From: Candidatus Poribacteria bacterium
Lineage (GTDB): Bacteria > Poribacteria > WGA-4E > PCPOR2b
Length of the DNA stretch: 64,000 nucleotides
Direction: 5' to 3'
Assembly: GCA_965218095.1 (NCBI GenBank)
Contig: OZ244587.1
Span: 4,384,001 to 4,448,000, forward strand
Positions 53,656 to 64,000 of the stretch are shown piece by piece (position 1 is the first letter of the stretch; each line of letters starts with the position of its first letter). The notes below the pieces were generated by a model. The model saw only the letters and a program-made list of their open reading frames with translations. It was not told the origin of the DNA and ran no database searches. A program made the translations under genes and the position numbers.

Positions 53656-53784
53656 AACCTCCGTTAAATAAAAATACAAAGGCACAAGGATACATTCAGG
53701 GGCAGCAGCCTTGTATCCTGCATCTCTGAATCCTTGCTATAAGTTTACCAGAACGGAAAGCCGTGATCAAGATCAAAGATTGGC

Positions 53785-53813
53785 TTGCACCTCAAAGTCG
53801 GTTACGCTATAAT
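53785..53813 (+). promoter_or_regulatory. Promoter upstream of the R-M/mqn gene run
   Basis: TTGCAC-17-TATAAT. Confidence 0.65.
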
Positions 53814-53968
53814 ACTTCTGTTTTATGAGGCATGAAACAGGCGGATTGCCATGAGTGCTGCAACAACTGACTAAGCGGAAGAACTACTCAAGTTTTACAA
53901 AGAAAAACCGTGGGTGTGACTTGAAACTTCAAGAACGCACAATTCAGTTATCAGAGGAATCAACTGAA

Positions 53969-55555
53969 ATGATTGAAGACAGAGATTTAATGACAATCAC
54001 TCAAGCCAGTAAGTGGGCAACGGGCTATATAAAGAAAAATGTGACAGCTTCCAATATCTCTTATCTCATCCAATACGGAAGGATTCGGAAATATGACAGT
54101 AATGGCACCACAAGGGTTTCAAAACAGGATTTGATCAAATACTATCATGCATATCTCGGCAAGCGAGAAATCAACTGGAAAGCACAGTTAGGGGAAGACA
54201 TCAACTGGGAGTTGTCATTTGATTATCTGAAAGAGGCTGATACGACGAAACATGTCCATAGGCTCCACCCATATAAAGGCAAATTCATCCCCCAACTGGT
54301 TGAATACTTCTTAGATGGTCATACAGATGATTTCAAAAAAGATGTGTATTTCAAACAAGGCGATATTATTCTTGATCCGTTTTGCGGTAGCGGTACAACA
54401 CTGGTACAAGCCAACGAGCTTGGAATGCACGCCATTGGAATTGATATTTCGGCATTTAATACGCTCATCAGCAACATCAAAATAGAGAAACATCATCTCG
54501 TTGATGTGCAGACTGAAATTCACAACATCACAAACACGCTTAAACGGTTTATCAGCGAATCCAATGTCGCTCAATTTGAAGCACAACTAACCGAAGAACT
54601 CAACGAGTTTAATAACGAATATTTCCCGTCTACTGATTTCAAATACAAAGTCAGGCAGGGACTGATCGATCAAGAGAGATACGGAAAAGAAAAAGAGGGA
54701 GAATTCTTACTCAGATATTTTCAATTAGTCAACCGGTATGACATCAAATTGTGGCAAAGAAAATCAGAAAATTTCTTAGATACGTGGTATTTATCGCCTG
54801 TGAGAAAAGAGATTGATCTTGTCTTTGAGTGCGTCAAACACATCCAAAACCGTGAAACGCAACGGGTGATTCAGATTATTTTGAGTCGAACGATTCGTAC
54901 TTGTCGAGCAACCACCCACGCCGATTTGGCGACCTTAAAAGAACCTGTGACGACAGTCTATTATTGTGCCAAGCACGGCAAAATGTGCAAACCGTTGTTT
55001 TCCATATTGAGTTGGTGGGAACGATATAGTCAAGATACCATTCAGCGTCTCGTGCAATTTGATACATTGCGAACAGATACATCTCAAATCTGTCTGACTG
55101 GAGATTCTCGGATAATTGATATTATCGAAGCATTAAAAGAAGATGACCCAGATTTTGCGCAACTCGTGAAGGAGCAGAAGATTAAAGGGGTTTTCTCAAG
55201 CCCGCCGTATGTTGGATTAATCAATTATCACGAACAACATGCCTATGCCTATGATTTATTTGAATTTCAGCGAAAAGATGACCTCGAAATTGGACCGCTC
55301 TTCAGGGGCAAGGGCAAAGAAGCCAGAGATTCGTACATTGAAGGGATTTCAGAAGTATTGCGGAACTGTACAAGATTCTTAGCCGCAGATTACGATGTCT
55401 TTCTGGTGGCAAATGACAGGTTCAACATGTATCCAACGATTGCGGCGCATTCGGGAATGCGAATTGTCAACCGATATAAACGACCTGTTCTCAACAGGAC
55501 AGAAAAGGACAAAGGCGCGTACTCCGAAAGTATTTTCCATCTGAAATCAAAATAG
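53969..55555 (+). CDS. Type II DNA methyltransferase (N4-cytosine type) with N-terminal HTH-like segment
   Basis: HPYKGKFIPQL, DPFCGSGTT (motif I), then SPPY (motif IV). Confidence 0.9.
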   Translation: MIEDRDLMTITQASKWATGYIKKNVTASNISYLIQYGRIRKYDSNGTTRVSKQDLIKYYHAYLGKREINWKAQLGEDINWELSFDYLKEADTTKHVHRLHPYKGKFIPQLVEYFLDGHTDDFKKDVYFKQGDIILDPFCGSGTTLVQANELGMHAIGIDISAFNTLISNIKIEKHHLVDVQTEIHNITNTLKRFISESNVAQFEAQLTEELNEFNNEYFPSTDFKYKVRQGLIDQERYGKEKEGEFLLRYFQLVNRYDIKLWQRKSENFLDTWYLSPVRKEIDLVFECVKHIQNRETQRVIQIILSRTIRTCRATTHADLATLKEPVTTVYYCAKHGKMCKPLFSILSWWERYSQDTIQRLVQFDTLRTDTSQICLTGDSRIIDIIEALKEDDPDFAQLVKEQKIKGVFSSPPYVGLINYHEQHAYAYDLFEFQRKDDLEIGPLFRGKGKEARDSYIEGISEVLRNCTRFLAADYDVFLVANDRFNMYPTIAAHSGMRIVNRYKRPVLNRTEKDKGAYSESIFHLKSK

Positions 55556-55574
55556 TGCACAGACCGGGATAAAT

Positions 55575-56351
55575 ATGTCGTTATCCAAGGAACAAAAAAC
55601 ATCAGTCGAAGCAATAATCAGAGAAAGCTTGAGGAAGAAGTTTCAGAATTACAAACCAGAATCTAAAAATATGCCCTTTCACTATCGCTTGTTAGGGAAA
55701 GACAGAATGGCTCTCTATTCATTTATTCAATCGTTGAATACAACATTTGGAACATCTATTTTTGAACCAGTTGCAGAGACATTAGCCAAAACCCGTTTCG
55801 TAAAAGCGCAATCACAATATGTGGTTGGAAACGAGATTAGTGAATATGCCCACAACGAAATCCAACGCATTATTAATGAACTAACAACGGGTAAAAATCC
55901 GGATAAACACGAAGAAACTCAGAAGATTAGGGACGTGTGTCAAAAAGGTAGAATGAATACTTTGCGAACTGTGAAGGTTGATTTATTCCTTGAAAATCAA
56001 GCAGGTTCTTTATTTTTGTTTGATCTGAAAACAGCCAAGCCAAACATCAGCAACTTCAAGGATTTTAAGCGCACGTTGTTAGAATGGTGTGCAATCATTT
56101 TAGCGAAGAATCCAGATCTCAATATTCATTCTCTCATTGCAATTCCTTACAATCCGTATGAACCGAAGCCTTATGAACGCTGGACATTAAAAGGGATGTT
56201 GGATTTAGAGCAAGAGCTAAAAGTTGCCGATGAATTTTGGGGTTTTTTAGGTGGAGATGGCGCGTATCAAGATTTATTAGACTGTTTTGAAAGCGTTGGC
56301 ATTGAATTACGATCTGAGATTAATCGATATTTTGATAAATTTAGGAATTGA
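55575..56351 (+). CDS. Type II restriction endonuclease, TdeIII-like
   Basis: MPFHYRLLG, SFIQSLNTTFG, VDLF...DLKTAKPN (PD-(D/E)XK), IPYNPY. Adjacent to the MTase. Confidence 0.85.
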   Translation: MSLSKEQKTSVEAIIRESLRKKFQNYKPESKNMPFHYRLLGKDRMALYSFIQSLNTTFGTSIFEPVAETLAKTRFVKAQSQYVVGNEISEYAHNEIQRIINELTTGKNPDKHEETQKIRDVCQKGRMNTLRTVKVDLFLENQAGSLFLFDLKTAKPNISNFKDFKRTLLEWCAIILAKNPDLNIHSLIAIPYNPYEPKPYERWTLKGMLDLEQELKVADEFWGFLGGDGAYQDLLDCFESVGIELRSEINRYFDKFRN

Positions 56352-56375
56352 TTCACAACCAAAATAGGAGTAACA

Positions 56376-57512
56376 ATGGAAAAATACCTACCAATCACAG
56401 ACTCGACACTTCACCCCATCCACGAAAAAGTTCAAGCGGAGGAACGCCTTTCCTTTGAAGATGGGGTAAAGCTCTATGAAAGCCCCGATATCAACGGCGT
56501 TGGGTATCTCGCCAACATCGTGCGAGAGCGACGGAACGGGAATTTCGCCTACTACAACCTTAACCAACATATCGACTACTCGAATGTGTGTATCCTGCAT
56601 GCACGTTGTCACTTTTGTGCGTTTGCACGGAAGAACATACAGACCGAAGGCGCGTGGGAGATGAGCGTTGATGAATTTCTTGATAAGGCGATGTATTCGA
56701 TTGACCACGGCTGCACGGAAATTCACAGCGTCGGTGGGTTGCACCCGAAATTGCCGTTTGAATATTACCTCGACATGCTGCGTGGACTCAAAAAACGGAT
56801 GCCGCAAGTCCATCTGAAATTCTTCACAGCGGTGGAAATCCATCACTTCTCTCGTATTTTCAAAATGTCAATTGAAGAGGTCTTAACCGCGCTCCGTGAA
56901 GCAGGACTAGATTCTTTACCCGGCGGTGGTGCAGAAATCTTCGCTGAAGAGACGCGAGATAAGATCTGCCCTGGCAAATTGAGCACAGAAGGGTGGTTCG
57001 ATGTGCATCAGCAAGCGCACGAACTAGGGATTTCAACCAATGCGACGATGCTCTACGGCCATCTCGAAACCGATGAAGACCGGGTAGACCACCTCATCCG
57101 CTTGCGCAGGCAGCAGGATAAATCGGGCGGTTTTGTCACATTCATCCCGCTTGCGTTCCATCCGGCCAACACCCGCATGGCGTATCTGCCGAGCACGTCT
57201 GGCTTGACCGATCTACGGAATATCGCGGCAGCCCGCCTGATGCTGGACAACTTCCCTCACATCAAAGTGTATTGGATCATGACCGGGCTGAAGACTGCGC
57301 AGATTGCCATGAGTTTTGGCGCGGACGACATTGACGGAACGGTGACGGAGGAGAAAATTACCCACATGGCTGGCGCGGAAACGCCTGAAGCTGTCTCGGT
57401 GGAGGAGATTACCCGTCTTATCGAGGAGACAGGCAGGATTCCTGTCGAGCGCGATACGCTCTACAATGAAATCATCCGGGAAGGAAATCAATGGTACAGA
57501 AGAGCTGCGTGA
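56376..57512 (+). CDS. mqnE: Aminofutalosine synthase
   Basis: Radical SAM Cys motif CILHARCHFC, VGGLHP, LPGGGAEIF, NATMLYGH, GTVTEEKITHMAGA. Confidence 0.92.
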   Translation: MEKYLPITDSTLHPIHEKVQAEERLSFEDGVKLYESPDINGVGYLANIVRERRNGNFAYYNLNQHIDYSNVCILHARCHFCAFARKNIQTEGAWEMSVDEFLDKAMYSIDHGCTEIHSVGGLHPKLPFEYYLDMLRGLKKRMPQVHLKFFTAVEIHHFSRIFKMSIEEVLTALREAGLDSLPGGGAEIFAEETRDKICPGKLSTEGWFDVHQQAHELGISTNATMLYGHLETDEDRVDHLIRLRRQQDKSGGFVTFIPLAFHPANTRMAYLPSTSGLTDLRNIAAARLMLDNFPHIKVYWIMTGLKTAQIAMSFGADDIDGTVTEEKITHMAGAETPEAVSVEEITRLIEETGRIPVERDTLYNEIIREGNQWYRRAA

Positions 57513-58303
57513 AAGTCGGAGCGGTTTCGTATCTCAACACGAAACCGCTGATTTACGCCCTGTTGGACAACCCCCAATTTCCCGGCATCGAGGAAATCGA
57601 ACTGAGCCTTGAAGTCCCAAGCCGTTTGGCGGATCGGCTGAAAAACGGCGAGTTTGACGTTGGGTTGATTCCAATCATTGAATATTTCCGTGCGGACGTT
57701 CAGTATCAGATCATCCCTCACATCTCGATCTCCTCGCGTGGGGCGGTCCGAAGCATCCAACTCCTCAGCCATGTCCCGATTCCTTCCATTCGTCGCGTTG
57801 CACTCGACAGAAGTTCACGTTCATCTCGCGCCCTCGTACAGATTTTGCTTGCTGAACAATATCACCTTTTCCCTGAGTTTACCTCTTGCCCCCCTTCAAT
57901 TGACCCCCAATCGGTTGACGCGGATGCTGTCCTGCTCATCGGGGATGCGGCACTGAGACAGCTCGGCTCGACGGATTATGCTTTAGATCTTGGGGCGGAG
58001 TGGGATGCGTTGACGGGGACGCCATTTGTCTACGCCTGCTGGACAGCACGAGGGGATGTCGATCTCCGAAACGCGCCCCAAACCCTTCAGCGGACGAAGG
58101 AGTTTGGCGTCGATAGAATCCCTGAAATTGCGCGGATCGAAGCCCGGAAACTCGGCTTTCCAGAAACACTCTGTTGGGATTATCTCAGCAAGCATATTTT
58201 CTACGAGCTTGGCGAATTAGAAATTGCCGGGCTGATGAAGTTCTATGAGCTGGCAGTGAAGTATGAGCTCGCCAGACCCGGTGTGATGTTGAAGTTTGTG
58301 TAA
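57491..58303 (+). CDS. mqnA: Chorismate dehydratase
   Basis: VSYLNTKPL, SSRSS, LLIGDAAL, DLGAEW...PFVYA. Confidence 0.92.
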   Translation: MVQKSCVKVGAVSYLNTKPLIYALLDNPQFPGIEEIELSLEVPSRLADRLKNGEFDVGLIPIIEYFRADVQYQIIPHISISSRGAVRSIQLLSHVPIPSIRRVALDRSSRSSRALVQILLAEQYHLFPEFTSCPPSIDPQSVDADAVLLIGDAALRQLGSTDYALDLGAEWDALTGTPFVYACWTARGDVDLRNAPQTLQRTKEFGVDRIPEIARIEARKLGFPETLCWDYLSKHIFYELGELEIAGLMKFYELAVKYELARPGVMLKFV

Positions 58304-58334
58304 GTTCAAGTGGTGTGTGAGTTCTTGAGAGCGT

Positions 58335-58791
58335 GTGCGAGAGGTCCGACAAACGCACTTTCACCCGTTGGGTTTTGTTAAAGTCCCTGGCACCTTAACC
58401 CCTGAAGAGATTGCTGAGTTCTCCTGGCGGTTTGATGCGGACGTTGATACAGACCAGGGGGATACGTCAGCGCCCGGCGCACGGATATTTCCAGATGGCC
58501 ACCGCGTCATCATCCCATTGATTGAGGCGGCCCCGTCTTTCTACAACCTGCTAGACCACCCCAAATTGGCGGCAATCGCCGAAGATTTGCTTGGGGAAGA
58601 TTGTATCTTTTTCGGCAGTTCCGATGGGCAGATTCACACCGGCGACACGAACTGGTGCCGTGACGGCAGTTGGCCCAAACTCGGTGATGTGGTCGCATGA
58701 TACTGGACTGCTGGTGTCCGACCGGCTCTTCGAGACGGCCGGCCCGAATCGGATGAAGAAGATCCAATTGCTGAAAGAACTGGGTTTGTAA
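58335..58791 (+). pseudogene. Phytanoyl-CoA dioxygenase (PhyH) family remnant
   Basis: HFHPLGFVKVPG, LLDHPKL, GDTNWCRD (degenerate WHxD). Internal deletion and frameshift. Confidence 0.6.
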
Positions 58792-58833
58792 TCAGCAAGC
58801 ACGCCCAAAACCCTGGAAGAGGTATAACACAAT

Positions 58834-60111
58834 ATGACCGAAACCACCCTCTTTGATCCAGCATATGAAAGTCGAAAGCGTCCTCTGCTAAAACGGGTGC
58901 TGGACGCGATTCGTCCAATCTATTCCGCGGACGAACTCAAAGTGCTACGCATCGACAGTGAAAGTCGAGATGTCCTCTCCCTGCGTTCTGGACGGGGATT
59001 TGTCAATCGAGATATTCTCGAAACGGTATTGGGCAACCTGTTGGAATGCGTGGCGCCCGGCTCACATAATGCCCCGCATCCAGAAAGCCAGAAGCAAGAA
59101 CTGCCGGAAGCAATTGAAGAGGTCGCCGACCAGCTTTACGCGATGATCGCCCAATCCTTTTTGGCTGTCACCGATGAAAGCGAATTAGAAAGCCGTGCAA
59201 TGGAGATCACTTTTGCACTGCTCTGGGAGTTGCCCCGTTTGAAAGAACGGGCCCTGTGGAACCGTTTCGCCTCTCTGAAAGATCCGGCAGTGTGGGATGC
59301 TTATCTCCTACACATCGGGGTTTCCCGCGAAAAACTTGCCGAACTGGACATTGGGGATAAGATAGACGAAGCCATCGTTAAAAGGGATTTTCAACCTTAT
59401 CAGAGTTTCCTAGATGCTCTTGATTTGGCGTTTGCTTTTGACTATCAGATGCAACTGGTCGTAAGCACCTATCCCGGCTGGCGGGTGCTCTTTTACCACG
59501 ATGTTGCCCACGTCTTGACGCGGACGGGTCCCGTCGAGGACAATTCCGATCTTCGGCGCACGCCTGTACCGTTGTTGCCTCGTGCGATTTCTGAACTCGG
59601 TGGACGCTACTACCAGGCAGACCTCCATCCCGAGACGCAAATCGGCGACGCCAATTTCCTGGAGCATCCCCACCGTGGCTTTACCACCGGACAAACTGGT
59701 ATTATCGGTTCTGGTTGTGTGATCTATCCCTGTACGCTTGGCGGCTTGAGTGTCCGCGTGAAGCAACGCCACCCCACGATCGGTGACTTCGTGCAGATTG
59801 GCACAGACGCAAGTTTGTTGGGACCTGTGCGGATTGGAGACCATTCCATCGTCGGCACCAACACAGAGACCTACGGCTTTGTGGAAATCGGCGCTAGCTG
59901 CCATATCGGTTCTTCAGTGGTTATCGGAACCGTCAGGAGCGAATTTATTAGACCAGGAGTGATTCGTCTTGGAAAAAACGTCCTAGTGGGTGACGGTACA
60001 ATCATCGAAAATACGTCAGCGATTGATCTGATTATTCCAGACCGGGCGGAAATTCCCGCACGCAGCCATGTCGCTAACGATGGCTTTGGGCATCCGCGAT
60101 TTGTGGCGTGA
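58834..60111 (+). CDS. Hexapeptide-repeat (CysE-like) acyltransferase with long unknown N-terminus
   Basis: ADLHPETQIG..FLEH..G, TLGG....RHPTIGD.V.IG, and further hexapeptide repeats. Confidence 0.75.
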   Translation: MTETTLFDPAYESRKRPLLKRVLDAIRPIYSADELKVLRIDSESRDVLSLRSGRGFVNRDILETVLGNLLECVAPGSHNAPHPESQKQELPEAIEEVADQLYAMIAQSFLAVTDESELESRAMEITFALLWELPRLKERALWNRFASLKDPAVWDAYLLHIGVSREKLAELDIGDKIDEAIVKRDFQPYQSFLDALDLAFAFDYQMQLVVSTYPGWRVLFYHDVAHVLTRTGPVEDNSDLRRTPVPLLPRAISELGGRYYQADLHPETQIGDANFLEHPHRGFTTGQTGIIGSGCVIYPCTLGGLSVRVKQRHPTIGDFVQIGTDASLLGPVRIGDHSIVGTNTETYGFVEIGASCHIGSSVVIGTVRSEFIRPGVIRLGKNVLVGDGTIIENTSAIDLIIPDRAEIPARSHVANDGFGHPRFVA

Positions 60112-60150
60112 GAATCTACTACTGCTCCGTGATAACCTTGGAGACCAAAA

Positions 60151-60381
60151 ATGAGCAAACACATCGCCCGGCGCGTCCTGCTGATCGGCTGGGACGCTGC
60201 CGACTGGAAAGCCATCAATCCGCTGCTCGACGCTGGCAAGATGCCCGCCCTTGAGCAATTTGTCAACGAAGGGGTGATGGGCGTGGCGTTCAGTCCTGAC
60301 GGGAAGCTGGTCGCCACGGCATTGAAGGACAAGCCCCTCCGTCTGTGGGCCATCCCGTCAGCCACACGGGGTGCGCAATAG
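60151..60381 (+). pseudogene. Chimeric remnant: AlkP/phosphodiesterase N-terminus joined to one WD40 repeat
   Basis: [12 protein letters not shown]...GKMPAL joined to [18 protein letters not shown]. Confidence 0.65.
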
Positions 60382-60482
60382 AGGTTTCAACCCAGATGAA
60401 ATCTGCGCCGATCCGTCAAGTCCAGCGGCTAAGCGAACAACTTAGTAATGTAGCGTTGCCGAGATAATATAGGAGATAAACA

Positions 60483-61541
60483 ATGCAACAAAACCAAAAT
60501 AAACTTCGTGTCGCCATTGCTGGCTGCCACCGCATGTTGACGCGAACACCGGGAAGTCATAACTTTGCTGCCGCGTTTCACGCTGTACCAGAGACTGAAG
60601 TCGTGGCTGTGTTTGACCGCGGTGTGGATGCCCGAACGGAGTTCGTAGATTGTTGGCGAGATGTCTGGGGCGGCATTCCGACGTATCACAACTACCCGCG
60701 GATGCTTGAAGAGATTAAGCCCGATTTGATGTGCACTGCCACGCGCCAAACGATGCACGCAGAACAGATCGAGTTAGCTGTCCAGACCGGGGTGCGAGGG
60801 ATTCTATGTGACAAGCCCCTGGTCACGAGTCTGGCTGAGATGGATCGGATCATAACGGCATGTCGGGACGTGCCGCTGCTTCTTGCGCTGGACCGGCGTT
60901 GGATGGTTCGATACCAATCATTGCGGGAGTTAATTGCTGAGGACACAATCGGGGAGGTCACGAGTATCGTCGCTTACGCCCTGCCCAATTTGATAAACCA
61001 CGGCTGCCACTCGTATGACGCGATCTTGGGGCTGGCCGGCGATGTCGAGCCGGTATGGGTCAGCGGCCTGGTAGACAACGTTTCGGGATCCCCGCCGGAT
61101 TCGCGCCGAGGCATGGACCCACCAGGGCGGGCTCAAATTGGACTTGCCAATGGGGTCGTGCTTTATGTCACCCCAGACGGCCATCACGAAAGTTCCGGAC
61201 TGAGCATTGAAGTTGCTGGTGAGAGGGGACGTCTGTTTCTCCTCGACGACGCCAATGAGAGCTACATCTGGTTAGAAAATACTCCGTTTGGTTCTGCCCT
61301 GCGTCCATTAGAGGTGCCGGGGGAGACAGAGGTATGGCCCGCAGGCAAGGCGATGGTGAACGATTTGGTGCAGGCTGTGCAAACAGGCGGGCGAACGTCG
61401 TGTGACGTGGAACACGCTCGTCGCGCAACCGAGATCGGTTTTGCGATCCACGGTTCGTCAGTGCAAGGCGGGGCCAGGGTTGACTTGCCGTTAGCCGAGC
61501 GGTCGTTCCGCATCGAGTCGTTCCCCTGGGGCAATGAATAA
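60483..61541 (+). CDS. Gfo/Idh/MocA oxidoreductase
   Basis: LRVAIAGC, ILCDKP, NHGCH. Confidence 0.88.
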   Translation: MQQNQNKLRVAIAGCHRMLTRTPGSHNFAAAFHAVPETEVVAVFDRGVDARTEFVDCWRDVWGGIPTYHNYPRMLEEIKPDLMCTATRQTMHAEQIELAVQTGVRGILCDKPLVTSLAEMDRIITACRDVPLLLALDRRWMVRYQSLRELIAEDTIGEVTSIVAYALPNLINHGCHSYDAILGLAGDVEPVWVSGLVDNVSGSPPDSRRGMDPPGRAQIGLANGVVLYVTPDGHHESSGLSIEVAGERGRLFLLDDANESYIWLENTPFGSALRPLEVPGETEVWPAGKAMVNDLVQAVQTGGRTSCDVEHARRATEIGFAIHGSSVQGGARVDLPLAERSFRIESFPWGNE

Positions 61542-61619
61542 AGTTGAGATTCTGTTACCTTACTGGTGGGACTTTCCTTTGTTGTTGTGGTTGTTTCTCG
61601 TAATATGGTATCCTTTAGC

Positions 61620-62052
61620 CATGTAGCATGGGGGCGTCGCAAGGTATCGGGCCAAATCGCATGGCATTCGCACTATCCGCTCAACCGTGTCGAATTGGTT
61701 CACAACGGCGGCGTCCCGCAAAGCGAGATGCTCGACGATGCAGATGGGGGACGGGGCGGGGAATGGGAGTTTGATCTCCAGATTGAATCTGACGGCTGGG
61801 TCGCGGAACGCGCCTTTGGCGAAGTCCGTGATAGCTTTCCACAGCCGATTTCTACGCACACAAGCCTCATCTATATACAGGATGCCCAGCATCTTGCGGA
61901 AGTCGGCGGCGTTTTTTATGCGTGCAATCGATGACGCGATGGATATCGTGAGCCGCGATTGGCGGTTTACAAAAGATGCGCAGCGAGCGGAGATCCTGCA
62001 CCTGTTTAACGAAGGGCGAAAAGTTTACGCAAATTTAGCGAGGGTAGGTTAA
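61620..62052 (+). pseudogene. C-terminal fragment of a larger protein (CehA/McbA metallohydrolase-like), frameshifted
   Basis: PLNRVELVHNG, ESDGWVAERA, THTSLIYI, then SAAFFMRAIDD in another frame. Confidence 0.5.
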
Positions 62053-63298
62053 TGGAAATTCGTGCGGCAAAAGCAAATGAACGCGATGAAATCATCGATC
62101 TCATATCGGCAGTATTTTCGAAAAATACAGACCGCGGTACACCAGCCAGCATTACCAGGATTCCAGTTACCAGTTGCATCAGTCGCGGGTCTGCGTTGTC
62201 GATGGAAATATTGTCAGCTATGTTCGCGTATCAGACCGATCGATTTACATTGATGGGGTTGTCGTGAGGCTCGGCGGGATTGGCATGGTTGTAACTTTGC
62301 CTGAGTATCGCAGGCGCGGTTATGCGTCAGCGCTGATGCGTGACTCGATTGCGTACATGGAGGAACAGGGCTACGACCTCGGTCTGCTTTTTACTATCAT
62401 TCAGCCGTTTTACATGACGTTTGGGTGGGCGTCTTTTCCACAGACCACCTTCGAGTTGGAACTTCGCGGCAAAAGGACGTTTGCGCCATCGGCGTGGACG
62501 AGTCGGCCGTTTGACCCCGAAAGGGATTTAACGCAAATCAGCCAAATATACGACGAACACAACAAGGGACGCACCGGAACAATTCTGCGCTCGGAGGAAC
62601 ATTGGTGGGACGGCTATTCGCATCAAGTTGGTATTCTGCCTTCGCTTGTTGTCGAGAAGGATGGGCTAATCGGCGCTTACGCCAATCTCGCATTCCCCAC
62701 AGATTCTCAGGATATAGACGCATATTTGGCAACGTATTATCCGAATCTGAGGGAAATCGGCTATCGAAGCCAGCATCTTGACAGCCTCCTCGCCCTCTGC
62801 CACGCGATTCTGGTGCAGGCTTATGAAAAAGGCGTCGAAAGCATTTCGGGGCGTTTAACACGGCATCATCCGATGACCATTTTGTTGAGCGAAGAGAGCG
62901 GCAGTCCGTTATCGTTTTCGATCGAAGAAAGGGCAATGTACCGCGTTATCTCGCTGCACAGTCTCTTCCAGAAGCTGATCCCTGAATTCGAGGCGAGATT
63001 GGAAAACGTCGCCATGACGGAGGGCTCTGGTTCATTCTGTTTCAACCTCGAAAACCAAACCTGCACGCTGCATGTGAATCGGGGAAAAGTTGTCGTCACG
63101 GCAGATGATAGCGGCGGGACAGAGGTAGATCTGGATACTCCTCGTTTCCTGAAGCTGCTTTTCGGGGAGGCGACATTTGGACAGTTAGATGAACTGAATC
63201 GCATCAAGGGCCTCAACCTGCAACCTCATGAAATCGCCATCCTTTCCGCACTTTTCCCGAAGGATGAGCCAATCCATTGGATCTGCGACTATTTTTAG
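62052..63298 (+). pseudogene. Eis-like GNAT acetyltransferase with SCP2-like C-terminus, 5' frameshift
   Basis: MEIRAAK, then a frame change. GGIGMVVTLPEYRRRGYASALM, ends WICDYF. Confidence 0.8.
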
Positions 63299-63405
63299 TC
63301 AAGCAGAGCGGACATATTGTTATACTGATGGAGGTTGCAACTTGAGGTTCCAGTCCACTCCGTCCAATTTGGAAGGAACTGAACCATCCCGAATTCATGG
63401 AGCTT

Positions 63406-64000
63406 TTAAGCCCGCGCCTCCTCAGGGGAAACTCGACGTTGCCCGCCAAGCTGTGTTTGATCAGGTTCGATGGTTGGTGCAGCAGCTTCCCCCGCATCAA
63501 CCATGCGTCGGATGAGACGTTCCCGCATCACCGCAGTAACCTCCTGATGCGATTCCCGACCAATGAGATTTGTCAACTCGTAAGGGTCCGCCTGTAAATC
63601 GTAGAGATACTCTTCGACGTAGTGTTCTGAGGCGGCATCTTGCCCTCCGTGTTTGTCCGGTGCAGTGACGCCGTACTTCCAACGATGTGTACGGACGGCA
63701 CGTCCCACCTGAGACTCGCTAATTTGGACAAAAACTTCTTCGGGCCAGCCTTCGGTATCTCCTTTCGTCAGTGGGAGGATTGAGCGTCCTTGCATCTCCT
63801 CGGGGACGGTTAGCCCTACTGCATCCAGAAGCGTTGGTGGCAAATCAACCAGGCTGACGAGTTCCTGGATCTGGCCCCCGCCATCAAAACCGGGCCCCTG
63901 TAAGTCCGTCGGCACACGGATGGAACTCTCGTGGCATGAGCGTTTATACTCCAAATTTCGTGTCTTGAAATGGCATCCGTGATCTGATGTGAAAAGCACG
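63406..64000 (-). CDS. Sulfatase, C-terminal part (5' end outside the window)
   Basis: FTSDHG, ESSIRVP, SLVDLPPTLLD, LYDLQADPYELTNL. Confidence 0.9.
   Translation of the reverse strand, partial: VLFTSDHGCHFKTRNLEYKRSCHESSIRVPTDLQGPGFDGGGQIQELVSLVDLPPTLLDAVGLTVPEEMQGRSILPLTKGDTEGWPEEVFVQISESQVGRAVRTHRWKYGVTAPDKHGGQDAASEHYVEEYLYDLQADPYELTNLIGRESHQEVTAVMRERLIRRMVDAGEAAAPTIEPDQTQLGGQRRVSPEEARA

Overview
This 64-kb window is bacterial DNA from a diderm (LpxL and MsbA-type genes, futalosine menaquinone pathway). The gene content is consistent with Candidatus Poribacteria or a PVC-like lineage: DUF1549/1553/1501 cluster, ASPIC/UnbV, ECF-sigma/WD40 fusion, Gfo/Idh/MocA, PhyH, sulfatase. That assignment is inference only. 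Housekeeping genes (secA, sppA, ilvBNC, sod, mqnEA, a sigma70 factor) are intact, while many accessory genes are broken, and small mobile DNA is dense. The main finding is two diverged ORF-less group II introns of about 0.7 kb (5514-7036, interrupted by an IS5, and 42125-42839). Their exon-binding sequences co-vary with their different insertion sites, and the second splits the terminal repeat of a MITE family present elsewhere in the window. Also notable: a 2.9-kb element bounded by inverted repeats and an 8-bp target duplication that carries a predicted membrane-anchored GIY-YIG nuclease, a Val-specifier T-box before ilvBNC, a UGA/hairpin selenoprotein candidate, a ~70-aa insert in SecA, a bacterial Clp1-type kinase and a TdeIII-like R-M pair directly upstream of mqnEA. 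No rRNA, tRNA, CRISPR array or reverse transcriptase was seen. All protein calls come from motif recognition without database searches.
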